A stretch of 34,490 bases of DNA from a virus (taxonomy: Duplodnaviria > Caudoviricetes), in the IMG/VR virus record IMGVR_UViG_3300007541_000084, positions 1 to 34,490 of that record; one strand, given 5' to 3'. The notes under the pieces are model-generated. The model was not told the DNA's origin. It ran no database searches and saw only the letters and a program-made list of their open reading frames with translations. A program made the translations under genes and the position numbers. How positions within the stretch are numbered: the stretch's first letter is position 1; each line of letters opens with the position of its first letter. Of this stretch, positions 1 through 9,430 are shown in pieces.

Positions 1-4
1 AGAT

Positions 5-355
5 ATGCCGAAGCTGCCGCCGCCGGTCCAGCCCGGCGAGGTCGTCATCGACGAGGCGGTGCTGCGCCAGATTGAGGAGGAGCGGCTTGCTGCTCTGGTC
101 ATCCAGAAGAAGGCTGAAGCCTCGGCGATTGTCGATGACTTGCGCGCGAGGACGCTTGTGCCGGAGCGCGGAACGCGAATGATGAGGATCGACCCGCGTC
201 GGTTCGACCGCATTGAAGCTTCTGAGCCTGTTCGCCGGAGGGTCTTGACAACACTGAGCAGCATAGGCCCGCGCGACCTGCCAAAGCCTCGCATCACCTA
301 TGCTGACCTTATTGCCATACGCCGCTCCGCAAGCCGCGTTAAGACAGGATTGTGA
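5..355 (+). CDS. Hypothetical protein upstream of portal
   Basis: 116-aa ORF with phage-like codon usage. Its stop lies just before the portal start. The start is uncertain at the window edge. Confidence 0.65.
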   Translation: MPKLPPPVQPGEVVIDEAVLRQIEEERLAALVIQKKAEASAIVDDLRARTLVPERGTRMMRIDPRRFDRIEASEPVRRRVLTTLSSIGPRDLPKPRITYADLIAIRRSASRVKTGL

Positions 356-357
356 GG

Positions 358-2010
358 ATGGACGATAACGCAAAAGAACTGATCCGGCGTGGCAACAAGC
401 TCTTCGAGCAGAAGGCTCCCTTTGACACGCTCTGTCAGGAGATCGCGTCCAACTTCTATTCCGCACGCGCCGACTTCACGACCAAGATCAACCTCGGCGA
501 CGAGTTCGCGTCCCACCTCGTCGACAGCTACCCGGAGCTGGTGCGGCGCGATCTCGCCAACGCCTTCGCCTCGATGTTGCGCCCGAGCAACCAGCAGTGG
601 TTTTCGGCCAGCGTCGATGAGGATCTCGAAACCCAGAAGGAGGTCAAGGTCTACCTCGAATACATGGACAAGGTCACAAGCCGCATCCTGTACGACCCGG
701 AGACCAACATGCGCCGGGCCTGCACCGAGGCTGACAACGACCTCGCCGCCTTCGGCAACGCCGTCCTCTCCATCGTCGACAACAAGAACCGCGACGGCCT
801 GAACATCCGGGCGTGGCACCTTCGCGACTGCGCGTGGATGGACGACGAGCTGGGCACCATTGCGGCGCTCCACCGCAAGCAGAAGATCACGCTGGTAAAC
901 CTCCAACGCCAGTTCGGTGAGAAGGCGTTCCCGCAGCGCTGGAAGAACCAGCTCGGGAAAGATCCGCTTGCAGAGGTGACGATCCGCCACTGCGCCGTGC
1001 GGAAGGCCGACTATGACCCCTACGGTTCCAAGAAGACCTTCGGCGGTATGCCCTTCGTCTCGATCTTCTACACGGAGGAGGGCGACCTCCTCGCGGAGAT
1101 CCCCGAGCCGCACATGCCCTACGTCGTGCCGCGCTGGCAGAAGGTGTCAAGCTCGCCCTATGCCTTCTCGCCCTCAACCATCATTGCGCTGCCCAACGCC
1201 CGGCTGATCCAGCGCATGATGCTGACCCTGATCGAGGCCAGCGAGAAGACCGTGGACCCGCCGCTGGTGGCGACCCACGAGGCGATCAAGTCCGAGGTCG
1301 ACCTGACGGCGGGCGGCATCACTTGGATCGACCGAGAGTATGATGAGCGCCTCGGTGAGGCGATCCGGCCCCTTCAGCTCGGACGGAACATCGCCATCGG
1401 TTACGATCTCGTCGACACCCAGCGCAAGATGCTGGCGGAAGCCTTCTACCTGTCGAAGATCAATCTCCCGCAGGCCCGCGAGAAGACGGCCTATGAGACG
1501 GCGCGCCTCGTCGAGGAGTACGTCCGCAACGCGCTCCCGCTCTTCGAGCCGCTGGAGGATGAATACAATTCCGCCGTCCTCGACGCCGTCGTGGCGCGCG
1601 CCATGCGCCTTGGCGCTTACGGCCCGGCAGACCGCATCCCGCAGGCACTGAGGGGGAAAGACTTGAAGTTCCGCTATACCAACCCGCTGCGCGAGGCCAT
1701 GGCCAAGCGGAAGGTCGTCGCCTTCCAAGACACGGCCCAGCTCCTCGCCGCTGCCGCGCAGATCAAGCCCGACAGCCTTGCCATCGTCGACGTCAACACC
1801 ATGCTCCGCGACGCGGTGCGCGGCACGGGCGCTCCGGCGACGTGGTTCAAGAGCGAGGACGAGCTGGCCGCAGAGCAGGCCATGCAGGCCCAGATGCAGA
1901 AGCTCATGCAGACCGGCGGCATAATGAGCCAAGGCGCTGACATCGCCAAGAAGGTCGCCGACGCCGAGTTCGCCGTGAAGCAGGCGGAAGCGGGCCCGGA
2001 AGCGGCCTGA
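358..2010 (+). CDS. Portal / head-tail connector protein (T7 gp8/BPP-1-like)
   Basis: About 550 aa with podoviral connector motifs (QWF, DLAAFGNAVL, PYVVPRWQKVSSSPYAFSP, EKTVDPPL, TAYE, Q-rich tail). ATG 358 is preceded by AGGA at 346-349. Confidence 0.93.
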   Translation: MDDNAKELIRRGNKLFEQKAPFDTLCQEIASNFYSARADFTTKINLGDEFASHLVDSYPELVRRDLANAFASMLRPSNQQWFSASVDEDLETQKEVKVYLEYMDKVTSRILYDPETNMRRACTEADNDLAAFGNAVLSIVDNKNRDGLNIRAWHLRDCAWMDDELGTIAALHRKQKITLVNLQRQFGEKAFPQRWKNQLGKDPLAEVTIRHCAVRKADYDPYGSKKTFGGMPFVSIFYTEEGDLLAEIPEPHMPYVVPRWQKVSSSPYAFSPSTIIALPNARLIQRMMLTLIEASEKTVDPPLVATHEAIKSEVDLTAGGITWIDREYDERLGEAIRPLQLGRNIAIGYDLVDTQRKMLAEAFYLSKINLPQAREKTAYETARLVEEYVRNALPLFEPLEDEYNSAVLDAVVARAMRLGAYGPADRIPQALRGKDLKFRYTNPLREAMAKRKVVAFQDTAQLLAAAAQIKPDSLAIVDVNTMLRDAVRGTGAPATWFKSEDELAAEQAMQAQMQKLMQTGGIMSQGADIAKKVADAEFAVKQAEAGPEAA

Positions 2011-2025
2011 GAAGGGAAACCCTGA

Positions 2026-2361
2026 TTGACCCCTAAGCTTGCCGCGTGGCGGCCTTGGAAACCCGTCGTTGTGAACGTCTCGCCGGTCGTCGGCGCGGGT
2101 ATCATCAACAAAGCAGATGCAATAGCTATCCGGGCCGTGGCACAAGGAGATGCTTCCCCGGATCAGCAGAAGCGCGCGATTGAGGCCATCATAGGCCGGA
2201 TCGCCTGCACTGACGACATGAGCTTCCGGGCGGAAGACCACGGTGGCATGTTCGAGACGGCCTTCGCAGAGGGCAAGCGGTATGTCGGCTTGCAGATACG
2301 CAAGATGATACACACGCCCCTGCACATCCTGACCGGCGAGAATACTTCTCTACCGGCATAA
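2026..2361 (+). CDS. Bbp19-like protein
   Basis: Lies between portal and scaffold and carries the family-typical motif F...TAFAEGKRYVGLQI. TTG start. Confidence 0.8.
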   Translation: MTPKLAAWRPWKPVVVNVSPVVGAGIINKADAIAIRAVAQGDASPDQQKRAIEAIIGRIACTDDMSFRAEDHGGMFETAFAEGKRYVGLQIRKMIHTPLHILTGENTSLPA

Positions 2362-2363
2362 CC

Positions 2364-2393
2364 GCCGACACCCCGCTGGTTCAGTGGCCCGGC
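2364..2393 (+). promoter_or_regulatory. Leader hairpin with ACACC/CC internal loop upstream of scaffold RBS
   Basis: Sequence gccg-ACACC-ccgctg-gtt-cagtgg-CC-cggc. The same loop recurs with different stems at 4006-4031 and 4083-4106. Confidence 0.6.
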
Positions 2394-2409
2394 AACCCCA
2401 TAGGACAAC

Positions 2410-3384
2410 ATGACGGACGAAACCCGCCTTGAAGAGGGCGGCGCTGAAACTGCGCCTGCCGACACCTCCACGACCGCCAGCACCCCGGCGGAACCGCAGA
2501 AGACGCTCAGTGAGAGTGGCGTAAGCGATCCGCCCGCACAGGCTGCGGAGACGAAGGACACAGCAGCCCAGCCCAAGGCCAACTGGCCGGAGAACTGGCG
2601 CGACCAGCTCGCGGGCGGCGACGACAAGCTCAAGAACCTCCTGAACAGGTACACGAGCCCGGATGCCTTCGCCAAGGCGTTCAAGGAACTGAGGACGGCC
2701 TACGACAGCAAGAAGCCCGCCAAGGCGGAAGAGGTCGAGCTGCCGGAGAACCCGACGGAAGAGCAGCTCGCGGCCTACCGGAAGGCCAAGGGCGTGCCGG
2801 ATCGCCCGGAGGATTATGAGTTCGAGGTCGAGGAAGGCCGCGAGCTGAATGATGGCGAATACACCATCTTCATGGATTTCGCGAAGCACATGCACGAGCG
2901 GAACATCCCCGTCAGCATGGTCAAGGAAGTGTCGAGCTGGTTCCTCGACTATCAGGAGATCGCCGAGCAGAAGGCTGCGGAGATGGCCTATCAGGCCCGT
3001 CAGCAGACGGAGGAGAGCCTCCGCGCGGAGTGGGGCCCGGACTACAAGGCCAACGTCAACATGATGGCCAACGTGCTTCAGGAGCATCTGGGCTCGCGGA
3101 CACAGGAGCTGCTCGCGAAGCAGTTCACCGACGGAAGCCGCCTTGGTGACAACGAGATGTTCATCCGCCTCATGGCGGATCTGAGCCGCAAGGTCGGCGG
3201 ATCTTCCGCCGAGCTGTACACCACGGACGTGGCGACAAGCGGCAAGAGCCTCGAAGCCCGGCGCAGCGAGCTGATGAAGATGATGACCGACGCCGACCCG
3301 GTGGTTCGCAAGAAGTACTGGGCGTCGGACACACAGGAAGAGTTGCAGCGCATCACCGCCGCCATGCTGCGGCGGCAGGCGTAA
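2410..3384 (+). CDS. Capsid assembly scaffolding protein
   Basis: Low-complexity acidic N-terminus and motifs WRDQL, GVPDRPEDYEF, LRAEWGPDY, LGDN. Sits before the capsid gene, with RBS TAGGA. Confidence 0.88.
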   Translation: MTDETRLEEGGAETAPADTSTTASTPAEPQKTLSESGVSDPPAQAAETKDTAAQPKANWPENWRDQLAGGDDKLKNLLNRYTSPDAFAKAFKELRTAYDSKKPAKAEEVELPENPTEEQLAAYRKAKGVPDRPEDYEFEVEEGRELNDGEYTIFMDFAKHMHERNIPVSMVKEVSSWFLDYQEIAEQKAAEMAYQARQQTEESLRAEWGPDYKANVNMMANVLQEHLGSRTQELLAKQFTDGSRLGDNEMFIRLMADLSRKVGGSSAELYTTDVATSGKSLEARRSELMKMMTDADPVVRKKYWASDTQEELQRITAAMLRRQA

Positions 3385-3394
3385 GGAGACACCG

Positions 3395-3484
3395 ATGCCC
3401 GGACCCACGATGGCGGTCTACGCTGGTTCCAAGAAGCCCGCGAAGAAGGCCAAGCCTTCCAAGCCGAAGCCCAAGGGCAAGTGA
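3395..3484 (+). CDS. 29-aa Lys/Pro-rich peptide (MPGPTMAVYAGSKKPAKKAKPSKPKPKGK)
   Basis: Not in the ORF track. Strong RBS TAAGGAG before ATG 3395, and the ORF fills the gap between scaffold and the next gene. Confidence 0.75.
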   Translation: MPGPTMAVYAGSKKPAKKAKPSKPKPKGK

Positions 3485-3488
3485 GCCG

Positions 3489-3821
3489 ATGAGCTACAAA
3501 ACGCCCGCGTGGCAGCGCGCTGCCGGTCAGAGCAAGAAGGGCGGCCTGAACGAAACAGGCCGCCGCTCTGCCAAAGCAGCGGGCATGAACCTAAAGGCCC
3601 CCGTGAAGGGCAAGCCCTCGGGCCCTGCGGAGATGCGGCGGAAGGGGAGCTTCCTCACCCGCATGGGGAACAGCCCCGGCCCGGAGAGGAAGCCCAATGG
3701 CGAGAAGACGAGACTGCTCCTGAGCCTCGAAGCTTGGGGTGCCAAGTCCAAGGCCGACGCCAAGTCCAAGGGCAAGCGGCTGCTCGCAGCCTATCAGGCC
3801 AAGAAGGAGCGCTCGGCATGA
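3489..3821 (+). CDS. Small highly basic phage protein (DUF6321-like)
   Basis: TPAWQR...KGGLN..GR.S...NLKAPV...R.GSF..RM...RL..SL.AW pattern recalled from small basic phage proteins. Confidence 0.75.
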   Translation: MSYKTPAWQRAAGQSKKGGLNETGRRSAKAAGMNLKAPVKGKPSGPAEMRRKGSFLTRMGNSPGPERKPNGEKTRLLLSLEAWGAKSKADAKSKGKRLLAAYQAKKERSA

Positions 3822-3979
3822 AGAAGCAGATCTGGGACAAGCCCCGCCCGAAGAAGGCCGGGAAGGTCCAGAAGCTCTCCGACATCGAGAAGGCCCGCGC
3901 GAAGGCGGCGGCTGCAAAAGCAGGCCGACCTTACCCGAACCTGATCGACAACATGAACGCCGCCAAGGGCGGCAAGTAA
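3818..3979 (+). CDS. 53-aa basic protein (MKKQIWDKPRPKK...AGRPYPNLIDNM)
   Basis: ATGA overlap with the previous stop and an AAGGAG RBS. It is the real part of track ORF 3509..3979. Confidence 0.8.
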   Translation: MKKQIWDKPRPKKAGKVQKLSDIEKARAKAAAAKAGRPYPNLIDNMNAAKGGK

Positions 3980-3983
3980 AGAT

Positions 3984-4174
3984 CTCGCCGCACGTCGGCG
4001 AGTAAGCAGACACCCCGCACTGCGGCCCTGCACTGACGATCCAAGAACAACCAGCAGAAGTCTGAGCACTGCAAAGCGAGTGGAGCCCCCTCACCGGGCA
4101 CCGCTCTGAACTCGCACGCGCAGACACCCGACGACTGACGCGCCCCCCTCAACACAAAGAGAGGAGTGCTTCAG
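3984..4174 (+). promoter_or_regulatory. Structured capsid leader (several hairpins, RCACC/CC internal loops, RBS GAGAGGAG)
   Basis: Hairpin ctcgccg/cggcgag at 3984-4002, motif hairpins at 4006-4031 and 4076-4115, and direct repeat gcagacaccc at 4006 and 4120. Confidence 0.65.
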
Positions 4175-5005
4175 ATGGCACTTAATCCTACTCAGGTGCT
4201 GTATCGCGACGAGTTCGTCGCGAGCTTCGAACAGCGCCAGTCCTACCTCCGTGACAGTGTCACGAGCGAGGCAATGGTCAAGGGCAACTCCGCGATCTTC
4301 CTCGTCACCGGTCAGGCCGACACCATGAAGGAACGTGGTGTGGACGGGCTGATCCCCTCCGCGAACGAGACCGACAGTCAGGTCACCATCGCTCTGAAGG
4401 AAATGCATCACCGTGCTACGGCGACGTCCTTCGACATCTTTGGTGGTCAGTCGGATCGTCGTCGCATCCTTCAGGAACGTGGCATGAAGGCCGCGAACAA
4501 GGAGATCGATGACAACATCATCTCCGCGCTCGGCTCTGCAACCTCGTCCTACAACAGCGGTTCTGCGGTCACCCTGACCTACGGCAAGCTCGTGGACATC
4601 CTCTCCGAGCTGTTCGAAAATCAGGTGGACAACGACGGCCAGATCACTTGCGTCTGGACGCCGAAGACCATGGCCCGCATTATGACCTTCGCGCAGGCGA
4701 CCTCGATTGACTACGTCAATCAGAAGCCGCTCGTCGATGGTCCGCAGCCCTTCCGCTTCCTCGGCGCGATGCACATCATGCATCCGCGTCTGACCGGCGT
4801 GGGTACGTCCACTGCTTCGAACTTCGTCTATCACAAAGCTGCCGTTGGCCACGCCATCGACAGCGCTGGGATCAAGACGGACATCGGGTACAACGGCGAG
4901 CATGACTACAGCTACGCCCGTCACTCGATCTTCCACGGTTCGAAGATCCTCCAGAACGCTGGCGTGCTGAAGGTCGTCACCGACGACACGGCTGCGTTCT
5001 CGTAA
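4175..5005 (+). CDS. Major capsid protein
   Basis: 276 aa following the scaffold, with motifs FEQRQSYLRDSV, AANKEIDDNII, FRFLG..IMH and a C-terminal G.KILQN.GV.KV. Strong RBS before ATG 4175. Confidence 0.9.
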   Translation: MALNPTQVLYRDEFVASFEQRQSYLRDSVTSEAMVKGNSAIFLVTGQADTMKERGVDGLIPSANETDSQVTIALKEMHHRATATSFDIFGGQSDRRRILQERGMKAANKEIDDNIISALGSATSSYNSGSAVTLTYGKLVDILSELFENQVDNDGQITCVWTPKTMARIMTFAQATSIDYVNQKPLVDGPQPFRFLGAMHIMHPRLTGVGTSTASNFVYHKAAVGHAIDSAGIKTDIGYNGEHDYSYARHSIFHGSKILQNAGVLKVVTDDTAAFS

Positions 5006-5031
5006 TCGTAAGACAGAAAGGAGCTAACCTC

Positions 5032-5325
5032 ATGGCTTACGTTTCCACTCAGCTTCGCCTCATGGTTCCGTCCATGAACGCCGACAGCCCGCAGCTCTGG
5101 ACCCTTCAGGGTGTGGATGCGGTCTCGACCGTTCGCGGCGCGAACTTCGTGAGCGACGCGCAGGCTCGCGGTCTCCGCAAGGGTGATATCGTCCTCTACA
5201 CCAAGTGGGACAATATCTCCACGAAGGCGACCTGTCAGGGTCACACGCTGCTCACCGTTCTGACTGTCGGCTCCTCCGGTGCCGATTTGTCCGACGGTAC
5301 GGCGGTCGACGCGACCAACACCTAA
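5032..5325 (+). CDS. Probable head decoration/minor capsid protein
   Basis: 97 aa with strong RBS AAGGAG, lying between capsid and terminator. Motif FVSDA..RGLRKGDIV. Confidence 0.7.
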   Translation: MAYVSTQLRLMVPSMNADSPQLWTLQGVDAVSTVRGANFVSDAQARGLRKGDIVLYTKWDNISTKATCQGHTLLTVLTVGSSGADLSDGTAVDATNT

Positions 5326-5331
5326 GAACAG

Positions 5332-5360
5332 GGCGGGGGGCTTCGGCCCCCCGCCTTTTC
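5332..5360 (+). terminator. Intrinsic terminator after capsid genes (T7 Tphi-like position)
   Basis: 10-bp stem ggcggggggc/gccccccgcc with a C(UUCG)G loop, followed by TTTT. Confidence 0.9.
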
Positions 5361-5381
5361 CGTATCAACACAGGGGTTCAT

Positions 5382-5813
5382 ATGACGCCGCTCAAGGCTC
5401 CCAATCTCGACCACTCCCACTACGTCCGTCTCAGCATGACGGCCTCGGTTCCGGCGGGCACGACGCTTGCCGATGTTCTGAACCCCGCCTACTGGGCGAA
5501 CCATGCCTACCGCCTCAAGCGCGGTGCCATCATCGAAATTCTCTCCGAGGACAATCTGCTCGACTGCGAGCTGCGCGTCCTCGAAACCGGCCCCACTTTC
5601 GCCAAGGTCCGCCTGCTTCGGAACTACGTCGCAGAAGAGACCAAGGCCGCTCCTGAAACTCCCGCACCGGAGGAAGACATCGAGGTGAACTACGGCGGCA
5701 AGCAGGATCGCTGGCGCGTCGTTCATCGCGGTCACGTCGTCAAGTCCGGGTTCGAAACCATCGTCGAGGCGAACAAGGCTGCGGATGAATACCGTGGCAA
5801 GCTCGCCGCCTGA
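5382..5813 (+). CDS. Conserved-looking hypothetical virion-region protein
   Basis: ATG 5382 follows AGGGG. 143 aa (VLNPAYWANHAYRLKRG...WRVVH). The upstream extension in the track ORF is not credible. Confidence 0.75.
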   Translation: MTPLKAPNLDHSHYVRLSMTASVPAGTTLADVLNPAYWANHAYRLKRGAIIEILSEDNLLDCELRVLETGPTFAKVRLLRNYVAEETKAAPETPAPEEDIEVNYGGKQDRWRVVHRGHVVKSGFETIVEANKAADEYRGKLAA

Positions 5814-5824
5814 AGGATAACGCC

Positions 5825-6454
5825 ATGCCCACGAAGCTCGGGATCTGGAACGATGCTCTCCGCATGATCGGCGAGCATCGTCTTGTGTCGCTCACCGAAG
5901 ACACTGAAGCCCGCTATGTGCTGGACAGCGCTTGGGACGACGCCAAGATGTTCGTCTTCACCGAGGGGCTCTGGAACTTCGCGACCAAGACCGAAGAGAT
6001 CAACGCGGACACCGGCCAGACGCCGATCCCCGGCTTCGCTTTTGTCTTCGACAAGCCGCTCTACTGGCTCAGGACGATCTCAATATCCCAGACCTCGCGC
6101 TTCGACACCGAGGCGATCTACCGGGATGAGAACAACAAGATCCACGCCAACGTAGATACACTGTACATACGCTTCATCAGCTATGAGCGGTCGACTGACG
6201 AGCAGATCGAGAACTGGCCGCCGTCCTTCGCGAAGGCCATGTCGGCCTATCTCGCGAACACTTGCGCGGTACGGATCTCCGGCAGCAAGTCCGACGCCGA
6301 CGCACTGAGGGCGCTTTACAGAGACGCGCTCGCATCGGCGAAGAACAAGGACGCGCTCGATCAGGCGCAGATGTTCACCGCCCCCGGCAACTGGATCAGG
6401 GCGATGCGTGGATCGTCCAGCCGGTGGGACCGGGGAAGCCTGTCGGGGTACTGA
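5825..6454 (+). CDS. Tail tubular protein A / adaptor (T7 gp11-like)
   Basis: Motifs IWNDALRMIG, WNFAT, WPPSFAKAMSAYLA and AKNKDA. Size and position fit. Confidence 0.88.
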   Translation: MPTKLGIWNDALRMIGEHRLVSLTEDTEARYVLDSAWDDAKMFVFTEGLWNFATKTEEINADTGQTPIPGFAFVFDKPLYWLRTISISQTSRFDTEAIYRDENNKIHANVDTLYIRFISYERSTDEQIENWPPSFAKAMSAYLANTCAVRISGSKSDADALRALYRDALASAKNKDALDQAQMFTAPGNWIRAMRGSSSRWDRGSLSGY

Positions 6455-6457
6455 TAG

Positions 6458-9430
6458 ATGCCGCGCGCGCAAGTCCCATTCTTCGCGATGAATGCGGGGG
6501 AGGTTTCCGCCGCAGCCCTCAACCGCGTCGACCTAGAGAAGATGCGGCTTGCCGCCGAGGACATGATCAACTGGATGCCGTCGGTCCTTGGACCGATGAG
6601 CCTGCGCCCCGGCCTCAAATATCAGAGCGCATCGCTCGGCGACGCAAAGTGCCGCCTCCTGCCGTTCATCTTCAACGCCTCGACCACCAGCTTGCTGGAG
6701 ATCACGGCGAGCGGGCTTCGCGTCAGGAACAGCGACACGCTGGTGACCTACGCCAACAACGGGACGAACATCACGAACGGCACGTTCACGGGCGTCTCCG
6801 CGACCTACACGCGGACGCTCACGACCGTGACGATCACGAAGACGGCGCACGGCCTCGCCAACGGCACAGCGGTCTACTGCGACTTCACATCTGGCGGCGC
6901 TGCGGACGGCAACTATACGGTCGCCAACGCCACGGCCAACACCTTCGACATCACCACTACGGCCTCCGGCACGATCTCGACGTCGAACGTCACCTACTAC
7001 CCCTATTGGTCGAATACCTCGACGACGGGGGCAAGCATCTCCTTTGCAAGCGACAGGCTGGAACTGAACAACACCGAATACGCCTACGCCCGCGCCCGGC
7101 AGGCGGTCACGGTTGCATCCGGCGATCAGGCGGTCAGGCATTGTGTGAAGATCACGGTGGCGCGTGGGCCCATCGTCTTCCGCATCGGTTCATCGGCAGG
7201 CGGCACTGAGATCATTGGGAACCAGACGCTGGACGAGGGGCAGCACTTCATTGCCTTTACGCCCAACACCGGAACGATCTACATCGAGGTCGAGGCCATC
7301 AGCACGGGCCGCTCGGTCAAGCTCGTCGATGGCATCGAGATCTACCGGGACGCGGACCTTCAGATCACAACGCCATGGGCCGAGGCTGATCTTAACAAGA
7401 TCCGCTACGCCCAGTCGGGCTCCATCGTCTTCATCGCCTGCGCCGGATACCAGCAGTACAAGATCGAGCGCCGTGGCCCCAACTCGTGGAGTGTCGCCAA
7501 GTATATCTCCAGTGCGGGCCCCTATCTCGGCTACTCGGCGCGCAAGGAGAAGATCCAGCCCTCCGGCCTTACCGGAAACATCACGCTCACCGCGAACCAG
7601 TCCTATTTCTCCAGCGACATGGTGGGCTCGATCTTCCAGATCGCGCACCCGAAGCAGACGGTCACCATCAACATCACGAGCGCTGACCAGTACAGCGATT
7701 ACATCCGGGTGACGGGCGTCGGCACGACCGACCGGGCGTGGTCCCTGAGCATCAGCTACGGCTCCGGCGCATCCGGTACGCTGACACTGGAGCGCGCCTT
7801 CGGTACGCCCGATGGCTGGACGACGACGAACACCTATACGACGAACACCTCCGCGACCATCGACGACAGCGGCACGACCTTCGGCTCCAGCTCCAACAAC
7901 CTGATCACCTATTGGCGGATCTCCGCGATGCCGGGCGCTACGATTGCGGGCATCATCACGGCGACCCTCACCTACGAAGGTGGCCGCAAGGTCGGCTCGG
8001 CCCGCATCACCGGCTACACCAGCGCAACCTCGGTCAGCGCCGAGGTGGTGACACCCCTTGGCGATACGACCTACACCGAGGACTGGAAGCCGGGCGCGTG
8101 GAGTGGTGCTGCCTCATGGCCGTCCGCCGTCACCTTCTACGATGGCCGCCTGTGGTGGGCGGGCCTCGACAAGGTCTACGGCTCGGTCTCGGACGATTAC
8201 TACAACTATGACCCCGAGACGGAAGGCGACGCCGGGCCTATCGTGCGCTCCGTGGCCACGGGCCCGGTCGAGGGCATTGCATGGATGATGCCGCTTCAGC
8301 GCCTCATCGTCGGCACGGCCTCCTCCGAGGTGTCGATCCGCTCGTCAAGCTTCGATGAGCCGTTGACGCCGACGGCGTTCACCGCGCGCAATGCCTCGAC
8401 CATGGGCAGCGCGCCTATTCAGGCGATGCCCATCGACAGCTCAGGCGTCTTCGTCCAGCGCAACAAGACCAAGATCTTCGAGTTCATCTACGACGTCGAG
8501 ACCAACGACTACGGCGCGCGAGAGCTGACCCGGCTCAACCAGACGATCTGCAAGCCCGGTGTCGTCGCGATTGCCGTGCAGCGCCAGCCCGACACCCGGA
8601 TCTGGTTCGTCAAAGAAGACGGCGCTGTTGCGATGCTGCTCTACGACCGCGCCGATAGCGTCGTCGGCTGGGCCCGCTTCGTGACCGACGGCGAGATCGA
8701 GAACGTCGCGATCCTCCCCACGGGCGAGGACGACGACGTGTACTTCGTGGTCAAGCGCACCATCGGGGGCGTCGCGAAGCGCTACATCGAGAAGCTTGCC
8801 TCGGCGGATGAGCTGGACGTGACCGGCGTGTCCTATTACGTCGACAGCTCGATCCGCTTCCAGTCAGTCTCGCCGACGCAGACGGTGACTGGTCTTACGC
8901 ATCTTGCCGGAAAACAGGTTGTGGTGTTCGCACCGCGCCTGTTCTGCTTCGAAGGCGCATCCTTCGAGACCGATGCGTTTCAGGCTGACAGCACGACGGG
9001 CGCGGAACCGCGCACCACCTACACCGTGAACGGCTCTGGCGAGATCACGCTCGACTTCGCGGTCACCGACGTCGTGGTCGGCCTGCCTTACACCGCCAAG
9101 TACAAGAGCGTGAAGCTCGCCTACGGCAGCGCAGCGGGCACAGCATTGACCCAGAAGAAGCGTGTCGACCATCTCGGCATCGTCGGTCTGAACACCGCGC
9201 CCGACGGCCTTCGCATTGGCCGCGACTACGACAACATGACCAAGCTCTCGGCCATCTACAAGGGCAAGCAGCTCGACGACTACTTCATCGTCGAGGAATG
9301 GGACTACGACGCGACTGCCTTCCCCGGCAAGTTCGACACCGACAGCCGGATCTGCATCACGGCGCAGTCGCCGTACCCCGCGACCATTGCCGGTCTCGTG
9401 ATCAACATGCAGAACAATGATCGAGGTTAA
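6458..9430 (+). CDS. Tail tubular protein B / nozzle (T7 gp12-like) with inserted beta-domains
   Basis: Motifs N.GEVS, G.MSLRPGL, RLLPFIF, YAQSG, WPSAVTFYDGRLWW, VVGWARF, RYIEKL, GLTHLAGKQV and VGLPY. Confidence 0.9.
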   Translation: MPRAQVPFFAMNAGEVSAAALNRVDLEKMRLAAEDMINWMPSVLGPMSLRPGLKYQSASLGDAKCRLLPFIFNASTTSLLEITASGLRVRNSDTLVTYANNGTNITNGTFTGVSATYTRTLTTVTITKTAHGLANGTAVYCDFTSGGAADGNYTVANATANTFDITTTASGTISTSNVTYYPYWSNTSTTGASISFASDRLELNNTEYAYARARQAVTVASGDQAVRHCVKITVARGPIVFRIGSSAGGTEIIGNQTLDEGQHFIAFTPNTGTIYIEVEAISTGRSVKLVDGIEIYRDADLQITTPWAEADLNKIRYAQSGSIVFIACAGYQQYKIERRGPNSWSVAKYISSAGPYLGYSARKEKIQPSGLTGNITLTANQSYFSSDMVGSIFQIAHPKQTVTINITSADQYSDYIRVTGVGTTDRAWSLSISYGSGASGTLTLERAFGTPDGWTTTNTYTTNTSATIDDSGTTFGSSSNNLITYWRISAMPGATIAGIITATLTYEGGRKVGSARITGYTSATSVSAEVVTPLGDTTYTEDWKPGAWSGAASWPSAVTFYDGRLWWAGLDKVYGSVSDDYYNYDPETEGDAGPIVRSVATGPVEGIAWMMPLQRLIVGTASSEVSIRSSSFDEPLTPTAFTARNASTMGSAPIQAMPIDSSGVFVQRNKTKIFEFIYDVETNDYGARELTRLNQTICKPGVVAIAVQRQPDTRIWFVKEDGAVAMLLYDRADSVVGWARFVTDGEIENVAILPTGEDDDVYFVVKRTIGGVAKRYIEKLASADELDVTGVSYYVDSSIRFQSVSPTQTVTGLTHLAGKQVVVFAPRLFCFEGASFETDAFQADSTTGAEPRTTYTVNGSGEITLDFAVTDVVVGLPYTAKYKSVKLAYGSAAGTALTQKKRVDHLGIVGLNTAPDGLRIGRDYDNMTKLSAIYKGKQLDDYFIVEEWDYDATAFPGKFDTDSRICITAQSPYPATIAGLVINMQNNDRG

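Noticed and set aside
4960-5032. T7 10B-like capsid frameshift or readthrough
   Set aside because: There is no slippery heptamer. The capsid ends in TAA with a second in-frame TAA, and the next gene has its own strong RBS.
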